From: an uncultured bacterium
GTDB taxonomy: Bacteria; Babelota; Babeliae; Babelales; Vermiphilaceae
Length of the DNA stretch: 64,000 nucleotides
Assembly (NCBI GenBank): GCA_963707655.1
Contig: OY970172.1
Span: 224,001 to 288,000, forward strand
Reading direction: 5' to 3'
The notes under the pieces were generated by a model that was not told the DNA's origin, searched no databases, and worked only from the letters and a program-made list of their open reading frames with translations. The position numbers and the translations under genes are program-made. Within the stretch, counting starts at the first letter, position 1; each line of letters begins with the position of its first letter. Below, one piece after another: positions 36,988 to 46,632 of this stretch.

Positions 36988-38727
36988 ATGACGCGATTTA
37001 TTTTTGTTGCCGGTGGGGTGATTTCAGGAGTTGGTAAAGGAGTTGCTACCGCATCTTTGGGTAAAATTATGAAAGAGCATGGCTACAACACCACGCTCAT
37101 TAAAATTGACCCTTATATTAATTATGATGCCGGCACCCTGCGTCCAACCGAACACGGTGAAGTGTGGGTGACTGAAGATGGGGGAGAAATCGACCAGGAT
37201 CTTGGCACGTATGAACGCTTTCTCGATCAAGATATTCCCAAAAAAAATAATATAACTACCGGCCAAATTTATAAAGCAGTTATTGACCGTGAGCGACGCG
37301 GCGATTATCTGGGCCAAACAGTACAGTTTATTCCCCACATTGTTGATGAAGTTAAGCAGCGTATTCTCAAAGCAGCCGACGGGTATGACATTGCGATTAT
37401 TGAGATGGGTGGCACAGTAGGTGACTATGAAAATGCTCCTTACATGTTTGCTATGAAAGCAATTGAACGTGAAATAGGGCATGAATCAGTTGCCTATGTT
37501 TTGGTTACCTATTTGCCTATTCCGGGCCATATTCATGAAATGAAAACAAAGCCTACACAACAAGCGATCCGCTTGATGGGGCAAGAAGGCATATATCCTG
37601 ATTTTATTCTGTGCAGATCACAATATCCTTTGGATGAAGTACGTAAAAAGAAGATAGAAGTTTTTGCCAATATTCCTTCTGATCGCGTTATTTCAGCTCC
37701 TGACCTTGCATCTATTTACGAAATGCCACTTAATCTTGAAAAAGAAAAAATGGGAGAAAAAATTCTCTCTCATTTTGGTTTGCAATCAAGAAAAGAGCCG
37801 GATTTTGAAAGTTGGACAACATTAGTTAATGCTATTTTAAAGCCGCAGCAAAAAATCGATATTGCCGTCGTAGGTAAATACCTCGACTTGGGTGATTACA
37901 GTCTGATTGATAGCTACGTGAGCATTTATCAGGCGATTGTGCATGCGGGTGCACAGCTTAATGCCGGTATGAACATCACCTGGATTAACGCGAGCATATT
38001 TGAAAAAAATCCGGAACAGGTAAAAGATCTTCATAAGTTCCACGGTATTATTGTTCCCGGTGGGTTTGGAAATGCCGGTGTTGAAGGAAAAATTAAAGCA
38101 ATCGAATATGCACGTTTGCACAATATTCCCTATTTGGGGCTCTGTTATGGCATGCAATTGGCCGTTGTTGAATTCGCGCGCCATGTTGCCGGCCTGAATG
38201 GGGCACATACGACTGAAGTTGATACCAGAGCAGACTATCCGGTAATTGATTTATTACCTGAACAGCGTAAAACATTGGCAGACTATGAATATGGCGGAAC
38301 TATGCGTTTGGGCTCATATGAAGCTGAACTAAAAACAGGCTCTGTAGTTGCGACATTGTATGCGGAATGCAATAGAGTTAAGAGTGGTTTTATTGGCGTG
38401 CGCCGAACCTATGTTTTTGAGCGCCATCGTCACCGTTACGAAGTAAATCCTCTGTATGTTGATCAAATAGAAAAGCATGGCGCCAGCTTTGCCGGTTATC
38501 ACGAGCGCAATGACGGTACCAAGTTAATGGAATTTTTTGAATTACCAAAGCATCGTTTCTTTGTAGCTACGCAAGCACATCCAGAATTTAAAAGCAGATT
38601 GGGTAATCCAAGCCCGCTCTTCTTTGGTTTTGCGCGCGCTGCACTTGCCTATGCACAAGAAATAAAACAAGAGCAAAAAGAAAGTCCCCTACCACATGAG
38701 CGGCAGAGGACTGAATTAAGCTTATAG
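36988..38727 (+). CDS. pyrG: CTP synthase
   Basis: GGVISGVGKG, EHGEV, KTKPTQ, GLCYGMQ, RHRHRYE and QAHPEF. Confidence 0.96.
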   Translation: MTRFIFVAGGVISGVGKGVATASLGKIMKEHGYNTTLIKIDPYINYDAGTLRPTEHGEVWVTEDGGEIDQDLGTYERFLDQDIPKKNNITTGQIYKAVIDRERRGDYLGQTVQFIPHIVDEVKQRILKAADGYDIAIIEMGGTVGDYENAPYMFAMKAIEREIGHESVAYVLVTYLPIPGHIHEMKTKPTQQAIRLMGQEGIYPDFILCRSQYPLDEVRKKKIEVFANIPSDRVISAPDLASIYEMPLNLEKEKMGEKILSHFGLQSRKEPDFESWTTLVNAILKPQQKIDIAVVGKYLDLGDYSLIDSYVSIYQAIVHAGAQLNAGMNITWINASIFEKNPEQVKDLHKFHGIIVPGGFGNAGVEGKIKAIEYARLHNIPYLGLCYGMQLAVVEFARHVAGLNGAHTTEVDTRADYPVIDLLPEQRKTLADYEYGGTMRLGSYEAELKTGSVVATLYAECNRVKSGFIGVRRTYVFERHRHRYEVNPLYVDQIEKHGASFAGYHERNDGTKLMEFFELPKHRFFVATQAHPEFKSRLGNPSPLFFGFARAALAYAQEIKQEQKESPLPHERQRTELSL

Positions 38728-38739
38728 TAACAAATCTGT

Positions 38740-39306
38740 TTATTGCTTATTTTTAGTGCCGTATCGTTGTTGTATGAGATAGAGTCTTTGTGTTTGTTCG
38801 GTAAATTCTTGCTGCGAAGTGACAACGTCTCTGACCGTGGTTAGATCGCTGATCATCTGCTGCATATCCTGATGGCTGTTAGTTCCCAACTGGAATAATT
38901 GCAGGCACCAGAGAGTATTAATATACCAATCAAGGTCATTTTTGTAGCGAATTAACGGAAAGAGCGAAAGAGCGTTATTTTCGTTAACTTCTACCGTGTT
39001 GATCTGTTGGTTGTAATAGGCATTTATCGCTCCGAGAAAGAGCGTGTAGTCTCCTGTAATCTGTGCAGTGTGTACATAGAGAATCTCTCTATTAAAACGT
39101 CGATGTGCGAGTTTTAATACAACAGCGCTGCTGCCGCGACCTATCAAATAAGGGACAGCTACCAAGCCGGTGCATACCGCTGCTTTTTTCGCAAAATTTA
39201 ATGTTGTACGACTAGCGCCAGTGAAATACTCTTTCATGCTTTGAATAGAGATTGCATGAGACATGTTGATGCTGAGCATCAATCCTAAAAGAACTAATTT
39301 CTTCAT
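38740..39306 (-). CDS. secreted hypothetical protein
   Basis: Signal peptide, 188 aa. Confidence 0.6.
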   Translation of the reverse strand: MKKLVLLGLMLSINMSHAISIQSMKEYFTGASRTTLNFAKKAAVCTGLVAVPYLIGRGSSAVVLKLAHRRFNREILYVHTAQITGDYTLFLGAINAYYNQQINTVEVNENNALSLFPLIRYKNDLDWYINTLWCLQLFQLGTNSHQDMQQMISDLTTVRDVVTSQQEFTEQTQRLYLIQQRYGTKNKQ

Positions 39307-39390
39307 AAAAAACCTTCCATAAATAGATCTGACATTTCCTTTTAATTAATTATTAATAGAATATCATGAATCGAAGAAAATGTAAAAAAA

Positions 39391-39427
39391 CAAAAGGGGA
39401 ATAAGGTTTTGCCTTATTCCCCTTTTG
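39391..39427. terminator. intrinsic terminator
   Basis: CAAAAGGGGAATAAGG-TTTTG-CCTTATTCCCCTTTTG. Confidence 0.75.
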
Positions 39428-39447
39428 GTGTCTCTGTTTATAGAGAT

Positions 39448-39906
39448 TTATTTTTGTTCAGCGTGAGGATATGAAGGAACTTCAATGATCCAATCTGCTA
39501 CGAAATCAAGACCAAATGATTTTAAGCCAGCTCTTAATTTTTTGCATGTTTTTTCAATAAGAACAATGGCGCCGGTTACCGGTAAAATGGTATCTTTAAC
39601 CATTTTGTGACAGTTGCCAACGATCCCTGTTGCAGGTTTGTCTTCTCTTGAATTTTCCAATTGTCCAATAATCTCTTCATTAACTACGCGACAGCATGCA
39701 TCTATCGGCGATTTTTCATCCAAAATCGAGCGTTTTGCATCGAGCTCTTCTTGAGATTGTGCTTGTTTGGTATAAAGAATGTAAGCGCCAATTCCAATAG
39801 CAGCTACAGCAGCAGCTTTGGTGTATTTGTTGCAAAAATAAGATGCTGATGCGGGAACGCTTATCAACAGAGCGAGGGTAATCATAATAGATTTGGTAAA
39901 TTTCAT
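39448..39906 (-). CDS. secreted/membrane hypothetical protein
   Basis: Signal peptide plus a hydrophobic segment. Confidence 0.6.
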   Translation of the reverse strand: MKFTKSIMITLALLISVPASASYFCNKYTKAAAVAAIGIGAYILYTKQAQSQEELDAKRSILDEKSPIDACCRVVNEEIIGQLENSREDKPATGIVGNCHKMVKDTILPVTGAIVLIEKTCKKLRAGLKSFGLDFVADWIIEVPSYPHAEQK

Positions 39907-40137
39907 TAAGAAATCCTTTAATTAAAAGATACAGACAAACAATACTACTAAACTCGGCTAGCTTATACCGCCATTTAATGTGTGTCAAATTTCTCTAAAA
40001 AAACATTTTAAAATCTTGAATGAGTGCTCTGGGTCGGATATGTGGCGATTGGCAATAGTTTACCAGCGGTGCTATGCATAGTTTTAGAACAGGCTATTTT
40101 TGCGCTTATCATCGGGATTTTTTTTATATATTGAGAC

Positions 40138-40171
40138 AAAAAAAGAGATGGATTTTCTCCATCTCTTTTTT
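40138..40171. terminator. intrinsic terminator
   Basis: AAAAAAAGAGATGGA-TTTTC-TCCATCTCTTTTTTT. Confidence 0.75.
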
Positions 40172-40192
40172 TATATCGTTTCTAATAAACGA

Positions 40193-40732
40193 TTATAATG
40201 GTTTGTTATTTTTGAGCTTGTTATTAAACTGCGTTCTATTGATATATTCAGAAACCTGTCGAGTTTTTGCTCTAAGATCTTCTGTTTCTTTATCATCGTA
40301 ATTGTAAAAAGGGAATGCCCGATTATTTAACCACCAAGACCATTCAGCATGACTGGCAAGGTCATTTTGGAACGTGATCATAACTGGATTGAGATCGGTC
40401 CATTCTGCTTCAGGCTCGTTCAATATAGCTTGAGCCGATGATGCGAATTGAGATTTGTATTTCATTTCATCATTCACATTATAAGTTTCAGCATGGACAT
40501 GCTCTGTTTCTTTCTTAATAAACGCTTGTCTTTGTTGAATGTTGTATTTTTTTATTGCAACGTAACCGTACACACCAGCTACCATCGCGCTCACAGCCGC
40601 AGCGGCTTTTGCAAGGGTCCATCCCTTTTTCCATTGTGATGCCGGCGTCGAAGTTTCTCCGGCAAAAGTTACGTAAGGGGTTGCCACTAAAGCCGTTAAG
40701 GCACATAAGATTATTTTTTTCATTATATTCAT
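40193..40732 (-). CDS. secreted/membrane hypothetical protein
   Basis: GGAGG RBS, signal peptide and TM segment. Confidence 0.6.
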   Translation of the reverse strand: MNIMKKIILCALTALVATPYVTFAGETSTPASQWKKGWTLAKAAAAVSAMVAGVYGYVAIKKYNIQQRQAFIKKETEHVHAETYNVNDEMKYKSQFASSAQAILNEPEAEWTDLNPVMITFQNDLASHAEWSWWLNNRAFPFYNYDDKETEDLRAKTRQVSEYINRTQFNNKLKNNKPL

Positions 40733-40776
40733 AAAATCCTCCAGATGATTATAGATCTGATTTTGTGCGTTTCATA

Positions 40777-40884
40777 TACTTTAATATTAACACAAATAAA
40801 ATTTTTTTCAATTACTTTAATATTAACACAAATAAAATTTTTTTCAATTACTTTAATATTAACACAAATAAAATTTTTTTCAAT
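40777..40884. repeat. perfect 36-bp tandem repeat x3 (each unit is a minus-strand promoter-like sequence)
   Basis: (TACTTTAATATTAACACAAATAAAATTTTTTTCAAT)x3. Confidence 0.95.
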
Positions 40885-40985
40885 TGGGCTCAGAAAGGCA
40901 AATGGGAATAAGGGTGGGGACAACAAGCAATTTTTGCGACGCAGGGGGCTTTTTTTGAGCCCCCTGCATTTCGCCTAGTTGCTGA

Positions 40986-42173
40986 TTAATAGAAAAGATA
41001 ACTGAGCAATGAAACGATAAATACCAGGAATGCGGGTAATTTTACCGGTTTAAAACCCCATATTTTATATGCGAAATTGGCAAGGGTGAGGGTGATGAGC
41101 ACCGGATAGCCAATATAAGTTAATGGTCCGCCGGTTATTTTTAACACTGACGCAAGACCAAAAATTGAAAGTGGTATGCACGAAACGAGCATTGCTATGA
41201 GGGCTGGGATATACCCGATTTTTTTGTTAAATAACTCGCGGCGCAAATACTCGGTAACTACTGCACTGAGTGCAATAGCAGTGGACAGACATGCCATAAA
41301 TACGGTAATGGCAATAATGATTGCTGCTTTATTTCCCAGAATGCGTAATGAAACTTCGCGAAAGAGAGTGCTTGCATCCGGCGTGAGGCCATTGCCATAC
41401 GCTGCGCCTAAAAATGCCATGCCGCAGTAAACGACTGCCAGCAATGAAACCCCCAAAAGGCCGGCCTTAAAGCCCAAAGCGACGCGTTTATGTTTGTCTT
41501 GGTCGTATGCTTTCCCCATAGTTTTGCGTAACATAGCAACCACAATTGATGAAAAGAAAATAGCGCCTATCAGATCAAGCGTTTCGTATCCACGAAATAA
41601 ATTTTGGGTAATGATCGAGGTGAGTGATTGCTCGTTATGCATAATCGCAGGTGCGCCGAACAATCCTTTTACAATAACGATTCCTAGTGCGGCAAGCAGC
41701 ACAGGGCTAATCAGATTGCCCAGAAGGTCAACGATTGAGCTCTCTTTAAAAGTGCACAAAAAGGTAATGCTCAAAAAAATAAGAGCAAAAACAAACGATG
41801 AAAGTGGTGTTATGGTGCTTAAAAAAGCGCATGGAATGAAAGGAGTCATCATCACATGCGATAGGGTGACGATGCGTGGAATCACCAAACCTGGTCCTAT
41901 GATGATCATGCATAAAAAGGTGATTAATTTGCCGACGTTGCCTCCCAAGCGAGCAAAAAATGCTTCATAATTACCGTCGAACAAGATCATAACAATTAAA
42001 CCGAGCAATGGAAGCAGCACGGCAGTAACGATGAAAGAAGCGATGCCCACGATGGTTTGATCACCGGCATACATGCCAACAAGTAGGGGATATAAAAGAT
42101 TTCCTGCGCCGAAAAGCATAGAAAAAATAGCAAGACCGGTAGTGATTACTGCTGACTGTAGAAACTGCTTCAT
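40986..42173 (-). CDS. brnQ: branched-chain amino acid transport system II carrier protein
   Basis: FSMLFGAGNL, PRIVTLS, GYETLD and ACLSTAIAL, with many TM segments. Confidence 0.88.
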   Translation of the reverse strand: MKQFLQSAVITTGLAIFSMLFGAGNLLYPLLVGMYAGDQTIVGIASFIVTAVLLPLLGLIVMILFDGNYEAFFARLGGNVGKLITFLCMIIIGPGLVIPRIVTLSHVMMTPFIPCAFLSTITPLSSFVFALIFLSITFLCTFKESSIVDLLGNLISPVLLAALGIVIVKGLFGAPAIMHNEQSLTSIITQNLFRGYETLDLIGAIFFSSIVVAMLRKTMGKAYDQDKHKRVALGFKAGLLGVSLLAVVYCGMAFLGAAYGNGLTPDASTLFREVSLRILGNKAAIIIAITVFMACLSTAIALSAVVTEYLRRELFNKKIGYIPALIAMLVSCIPLSIFGLASVLKITGGPLTYIGYPVLITLTLANFAYKIWGFKPVKLPAFLVFIVSLLSYLFY

Positions 42174-42325
42174 AAAAGATCCTCTGAGAGTAGCGGCATA
42201 GAAATTCCTTGAGACCAAGCGATTATTTTATTCTTTTTTTTCTAACAGTATAAGAATCTTTCTGATTTCTTGCAAATGATGGATGGTTTTGGGATATGCT
42301 GAGAGCAGGGGAAAAGGAGAAAAAA

Positions 42326-42850
42326 ATGAAAAAAAATATGTTCATAGGGGCGGGCCTACTGCTTTTACTATCTTGTGCGCAAGAGACAAAAGAACCGCAA
42401 CAGATGGTTCTTGCGAGCGATGCTTTTGGCCATAATGCCGATATTCCTGCACTGTTTACGTGCGACGGAAGAAATTACTCACCGCCACTCTCATGGGAAA
42501 AAATAGATAGCGCCGTAACCTACGCGTTAATATGCGAAGATCCCGATGTTTCCGCTGGTCCCTATATCCATTGGATAGTATTTAATTTGCCGCCAACCGT
42601 TATTAATCTGCCGGCGCAAGCTAATATTGCTGCTTTGGGCGGCGATGAAGGCACGAATACCAAGGGTGGGGCAAATTTTACCGGTCCGTGCCCACCAGGG
42701 AAAGCAACACACCGCTATTATTTTACCGTATGGGCGTTAGATACCAGACTAAATCTTTCGAGCTCTGTTACGGTAACTCCCTTTAAAGAATCATTAAGGG
42801 GGCATATTATTGCCCAGGGAACACTCATGGGGTACTATGCGAGCAAATGA
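42326..42850 (+). CDS. YbhB/YbcL (PEBP) family lipoprotein
   Basis: Lipobox LLSC, TCDG..YSPPLSW, EDPD, HWIVFN, GPCPP and HRYYF. Confidence 0.88.
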   Translation: MKKNMFIGAGLLLLLSCAQETKEPQQMVLASDAFGHNADIPALFTCDGRNYSPPLSWEKIDSAVTYALICEDPDVSAGPYIHWIVFNLPPTVINLPAQANIAALGGDEGTNTKGGANFTGPCPPGKATHRYYFTVWALDTRLNLSSSVTVTPFKESLRGHIIAQGTLMGYYASK

Positions 42851-42852
42851 GC

Positions 42853-43019
42853 GCAATCCGTGCCAGAAAAAGTGTTTTCTTTAATGGCCACAAAGCCCTC
42901 AATGTTGGTTTCCAACGATCGCGATAAAGACAAGCGCAATTTCTGTCTGTGTTTGCGATGCGCCGGGAGGAATCGGGTGAGCCATTACGAGGGGGCCGGG
43001 GCAAGTGAGCCAGATTTGC
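42853..43019. ncRNA. candidate rod-shaped ncRNA (6S RNA-like)
   Basis: GC-rich ~167-nt intergenic tract with nested complementary segments. Strand unresolved. Confidence 0.35.
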
Positions 43020-43061
43020 TGATCAGAATAACTTTTTTCATGAAAAACGAATAAATTGTGT

Positions 43062-43090
43062 TTGACAAAATTTTCAATTTGAATTAGCCT
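43062..43090 (+). promoter_or_regulatory. promoter of the DEAD-box helicase gene
   Basis: TTGACA-17 nt-TAGCCT. Confidence 0.6.
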
Positions 43091-43206
43091 GTAAGAGAAC
43101 TGTTGATAGGGTATTGCATAACGGCCCTATAAGTGGGGCGCGCTACTTACGAAGTAGTGCTTTTTGTGATAAAGCGTTATGACAATGATTATTAATAGGT
43201 TTTTCT

Positions 43207-44925
43207 ATGACTCAATTTAAAGATTTTTCTTTGCGTTCAGAAATCACTCGTGCATTGGATGATTTAGGATTTACCGAACCGACTGAAATTCAACGCAAAG
43301 CTATTCCTCTCTTACTCGCCGATACTAATGTTGACTTTCATGGTCAAGCGCAAACCGGAACAGGTAAAACCCTGGCTTTTGGTATTCCGTTAGTTCAAAC
43401 TATCGAAATCAACAATAAAGCTCCGCAGGCGCTTATTGTTGCGCCTACTCGTGAATTGGTAGTACAAATTTCTCAAAGTATACGTCAAGTTGCCGCTCAT
43501 ATGGGCATTTCTATTGTTCCTATTTATGGTGGTGCTTCAATGGTTGAGCAGATGTCTGCTCTTAAAAGAGGTGCTCACATTGTGGTGGGAACACCGGGCC
43601 GCTTGAATGATCACTTAAGACGCCGCACTCTCTCTTTGGCCAAGCTTAAAACCCTGGTACTCGATGAGGCTGATATTATGTTGGATATGGGCTTTAAAGA
43701 AGAAGTTGATGAGATTTTAGGCTTCGCTCCTGAAAACCGCCAAATTTGGCTCTTTTCAGCGACAGTCAAGCCGGGTATTAGCGACATTATGCGCAAGCAT
43801 ATGAAAGATACCGTCACCGTGAAATGTAGCAAAGAGCAAGTTGGCTCAGCTAATACAAAACAATATTTCACCGTTGTCTCTATGCGTGATCGCTTAAAAG
43901 CGTTATCTCGCTTTATTGATGCAGCAAATCCTGCATTTTATGGCTTTATTTTCTGCCAAACAAAAATTTTTACTGCTGAAGTTGCCGAGCAATTGATTCG
44001 TGCCGGCTACAAAGCAAACGCATTGCATGGTGATATGAGCCAAATGCAAAGAAATCGCGTTATTAAACAATTTAAAGATCGCGAATTTACCATTCTAGTT
44101 GCGACCGATGTTGCTGCTCGTGGTATTGACGTTCCTGATATTACTCACGTAGTTAACTATTCATTGCCTGAAGATCAAGAGAGCTACATTCACCGTATTG
44201 GCAGAACCGGTCGTGCCGGTAAAGAAGGGATCGCAATATCCTTTATTCGTGCCAACGAAGTACGTTATATCAAAACTCTCGAGAAAAAATTTAGATTACA
44301 AATTAATCCGTTGAATGTGCCTACTTTTGAAGAAATGGCTCAATTGCGTGTAGCAAATGCTGCTGAATACATTAAAGCTATTAATGCTGAAACAGGCGCA
44401 ACCTATTATGCGGCTCAAAGATTGCATACGATAGTTGATGGTTATTCGCCAAAAGAATTGGCAAAAATTACCGTTTCCCTATTGGGTGAAAAGTTCTTGA
44501 AAGACATGAAAGAGCAAGACGTTGTTAACTTTGCTCCGGTTGAAAACATGGATATGAACCAGCTTGAAAGAGATGGACAATCAGAAGTTGCCATATTCCT
44601 TGGCTCTGATGATGGCATCGAAAAAGATGATTTGGTTGAATTCCTCAAGAAAAATACCAAGCTTGATGAGCAAGATTGCTCACGTGCACGCGTTATTAAA
44701 CGTCGCAGTTTCCTTAAATTGCCGCCTGCACAAGCAGAACAAGTGGTTAATGCTATTAAGGGTAAAGTGTTGTGTGGCCATAAAGTACGCGCTGCAGTGA
44801 GTGTTGATCACAATAGCTATGAATCCCGTTCCCCGCGCCCATCATTTGGTGGTCGTGGCGGTAGTAGAGATGGTGGCCGCTCACGAGGAGAAGGGCGCTA
44901 TTCTTCATACGGTTCAAGACGATAA
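43207..44925 (+). CDS. deaD: DEAD-box RNA helicase (DeaD/CsdA-like, DbpA-type RBD, RGG tail)
   Basis: AQTGTGKT, PTREL, DEAD, SAT, ARGID and HRIGRTGRAG. Confidence 0.9.
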   Translation: MTQFKDFSLRSEITRALDDLGFTEPTEIQRKAIPLLLADTNVDFHGQAQTGTGKTLAFGIPLVQTIEINNKAPQALIVAPTRELVVQISQSIRQVAAHMGISIVPIYGGASMVEQMSALKRGAHIVVGTPGRLNDHLRRRTLSLAKLKTLVLDEADIMLDMGFKEEVDEILGFAPENRQIWLFSATVKPGISDIMRKHMKDTVTVKCSKEQVGSANTKQYFTVVSMRDRLKALSRFIDAANPAFYGFIFCQTKIFTAEVAEQLIRAGYKANALHGDMSQMQRNRVIKQFKDREFTILVATDVAARGIDVPDITHVVNYSLPEDQESYIHRIGRTGRAGKEGIAISFIRANEVRYIKTLEKKFRLQINPLNVPTFEEMAQLRVANAAEYIKAINAETGATYYAAQRLHTIVDGYSPKELAKITVSLLGEKFLKDMKEQDVVNFAPVENMDMNQLERDGQSEVAIFLGSDDGIEKDDLVEFLKKNTKLDEQDCSRARVIKRRSFLKLPPAQAEQVVNAIKGKVLCGHKVRAAVSVDHNSYESRSPRPSFGGRGGSRDGGRSRGEGRYSSYGSRR

Positions 44926-45020
44926 ATAAGAGCATTATTTATGCTACTTCGCCGGAAAGCTCAAGATATGTATAACTTGGGGTTGAGGGGGGAGTAGCGT
45001 AGAGTAACTGCAAATAATTA

Positions 45021-45058
45021 GGCGCTACAACGAAATTAAAATTCGTTGTAGCGCTTTT
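45021..45058. terminator. bidirectional terminator
   Basis: GGCGCTACAACGAA-loop-TTCGTTGTAGCGCTTTT between convergent genes. Confidence 0.7.
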
Positions 45059-45411
45059 TACTTTTTATACACAACGCGTCCAATTGGTTGTTTGGCTGAT
45101 TTTTGGGTCATTACGGTTGCTTTTTCAGTTTTTAAGGCATATGTCATTTCGGCAAGTGCCCTATTTTTTTCAGGGTTGACCGGAGTAGTTGTGTGGTAGT
45201 GAAAGCAGTGTGAGCATCTGTTTCTATCATTGGATGTTTTGTATTTCCAGCAGGGACAATTGCATTCTTCCTCGTGATATTCTTTCATATCGGGGAACCG
45301 TTTTAGGTGCCAGCTATTATCAAGGCAGCCAACACTGGCATGCAAGTGTAAATAAGCATTGATAAAGAAAATGAGAGTAAAAATGATAAGGGTTAAGCGG
45401 GGTATGCTCAT
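45058..45411 (-). CDS. secreted Cys/His-rich hypothetical protein
   Basis: Signal peptide, CNCPC and CSHCFHYH. ATGA overlap with the upstream ORF. Confidence 0.55.
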   Translation of the reverse strand: MSIPRLTLIIFTLIFFINAYLHLHASVGCLDNSWHLKRFPDMKEYHEEECNCPCWKYKTSNDRNRCSHCFHYHTTTPVNPEKNRALAEMTYALKTEKATVMTQKSAKQPIGRVVYKK

Positions 45412-45599
45412 GAGCCGCTCCCCTGTGTCGAGTCGTCTGCAGGAGTAGCTTCATGATTATTGTCTGTCGTTGCTTCTTCGCTAAAAAATGTATTTGATTC
45501 TTGGTTGAGACGGCCCACACAAGTTGGACATGCGACAATGGCGGTTGGCAAGCTAATCAAGAGACCAATGAAGAGTAATTGATAATTTTTCATTTTCAT
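45408..45599 (-). CDS. small secreted protein with CxxC
   Basis: Signal peptide then ACPTCVG. Confidence 0.5.
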   Translation of the reverse strand: MKMKNYQLLFIGLLISLPTAIVACPTCVGRLNQESNTFFSEEATTDNNHEATPADDSTQGSGS

Positions 45600-45741
45600 A
45601 ACGCATCCCTTAATTTCTATTTTAAAACAAATCTACTAGTATAATACCTTGCGTTATTATCAAATAGCAATATATTTTTATTTTAATAGAAAATTTATCT
45701 TATGTATCGAGAAAATTATGAAATAAAAATATGTATGACGT

Positions 45742-46605
45742 TTAAAATTTAAAGAAATTTTTTATTTCTGTGCCATATACAGGATGTTCCAAAGCGAGAT
45801 GAATATTAGCCTTGAGCCATCCTAAAGGCGTGCCGATATCATAGCGTACCCCTTCTACTTTATAAGCGAGTACGCGTTCATTTTGGTGGTGTATAAGATG
45901 GGCTATGCCGTCAGTCAATTGTAATTCTTTGCCGACCGGAGGAGTGATGCTTGCCAATGAATCAAAAATAGAGCGTGAGAGCACATATCGGCCAATAATA
46001 GCCAAATTTGAGGGGGCTTGAGTAGCGGTTGGTTTTTCTACCAATGTTTCTACTTCATACACGTTGGGTGAGATTTCTTTTTTAATAGCAATAACCCCGT
46101 ATGACGATACCAAATTCATGGGTACTTCTTGTATAGCAATAACGCTTGCGTTTTCTTTCTCTGCGATGGCTAATAATTGCGCCAAAGCAGGAGTGTGATG
46201 GTAAATCAAATCATCGGGCAACATAACCCCAAAATAATGATCGGTAATCGCTTCCTTAGCCATCAATACCGCATGGCCCAAGCCATTTTGTTCTGCTTGT
46301 TCAATAAAATTGATTGCTACGGAATTAATCAACTGTTCTGTGCTCTGCAAAAGATCGCTTTTCTGATGTCGTGCAAGAAAATGCTCGAGGGCATCGGAAG
46401 GGCAAAAATAATTGTTGAGGGCTGTTTTTTCTTTATTACTTATTATCGTGACATTGTTAATTTTTGAATCGATGCCTTCTTGAATAATTGCATGTATCGC
46501 GGGCGCATTAAGCAGTGGCAGCATTTCTTTAGGAATTGTTTTGGTATAAGGCAAAAATCGAGTGCCATAACCGGCTGCCGGAATAACGACGCTGCTGATT
46601 TTCAT
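45742..46605 (-). CDS. galU: UTP--glucose-1-phosphate uridylyltransferase
   Basis: PAAGYGTRFLP.TK.IPKEMLP, GLGHAV, LPDD, VEKP and ELQLTD. Confidence 0.92.
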   Translation of the reverse strand: MKISSVVIPAAGYGTRFLPYTKTIPKEMLPLLNAPAIHAIIQEGIDSKINNVTIISNKEKTALNNYFCPSDALEHFLARHQKSDLLQSTEQLINSVAINFIEQAEQNGLGHAVLMAKEAITDHYFGVMLPDDLIYHHTPALAQLLAIAEKENASVIAIQEVPMNLVSSYGVIAIKKEISPNVYEVETLVEKPTATQAPSNLAIIGRYVLSRSIFDSLASITPPVGKELQLTDGIAHLIHHQNERVLAYKVEGVRYDIGTPLGWLKANIHLALEHPVYGTEIKNFFKF

Positions 46606-46632
46606 AGATGGCTTCGCTCCTTTACTGCCCCA

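Noticed and set aside
40777..40884. CRISPR array (36-bp repeats)
   Set aside because: The units are contiguous with no spacers and no cas operon is nearby. The overlapping ORFs 40729-40926 and 40745-40978 just translate the repeat.
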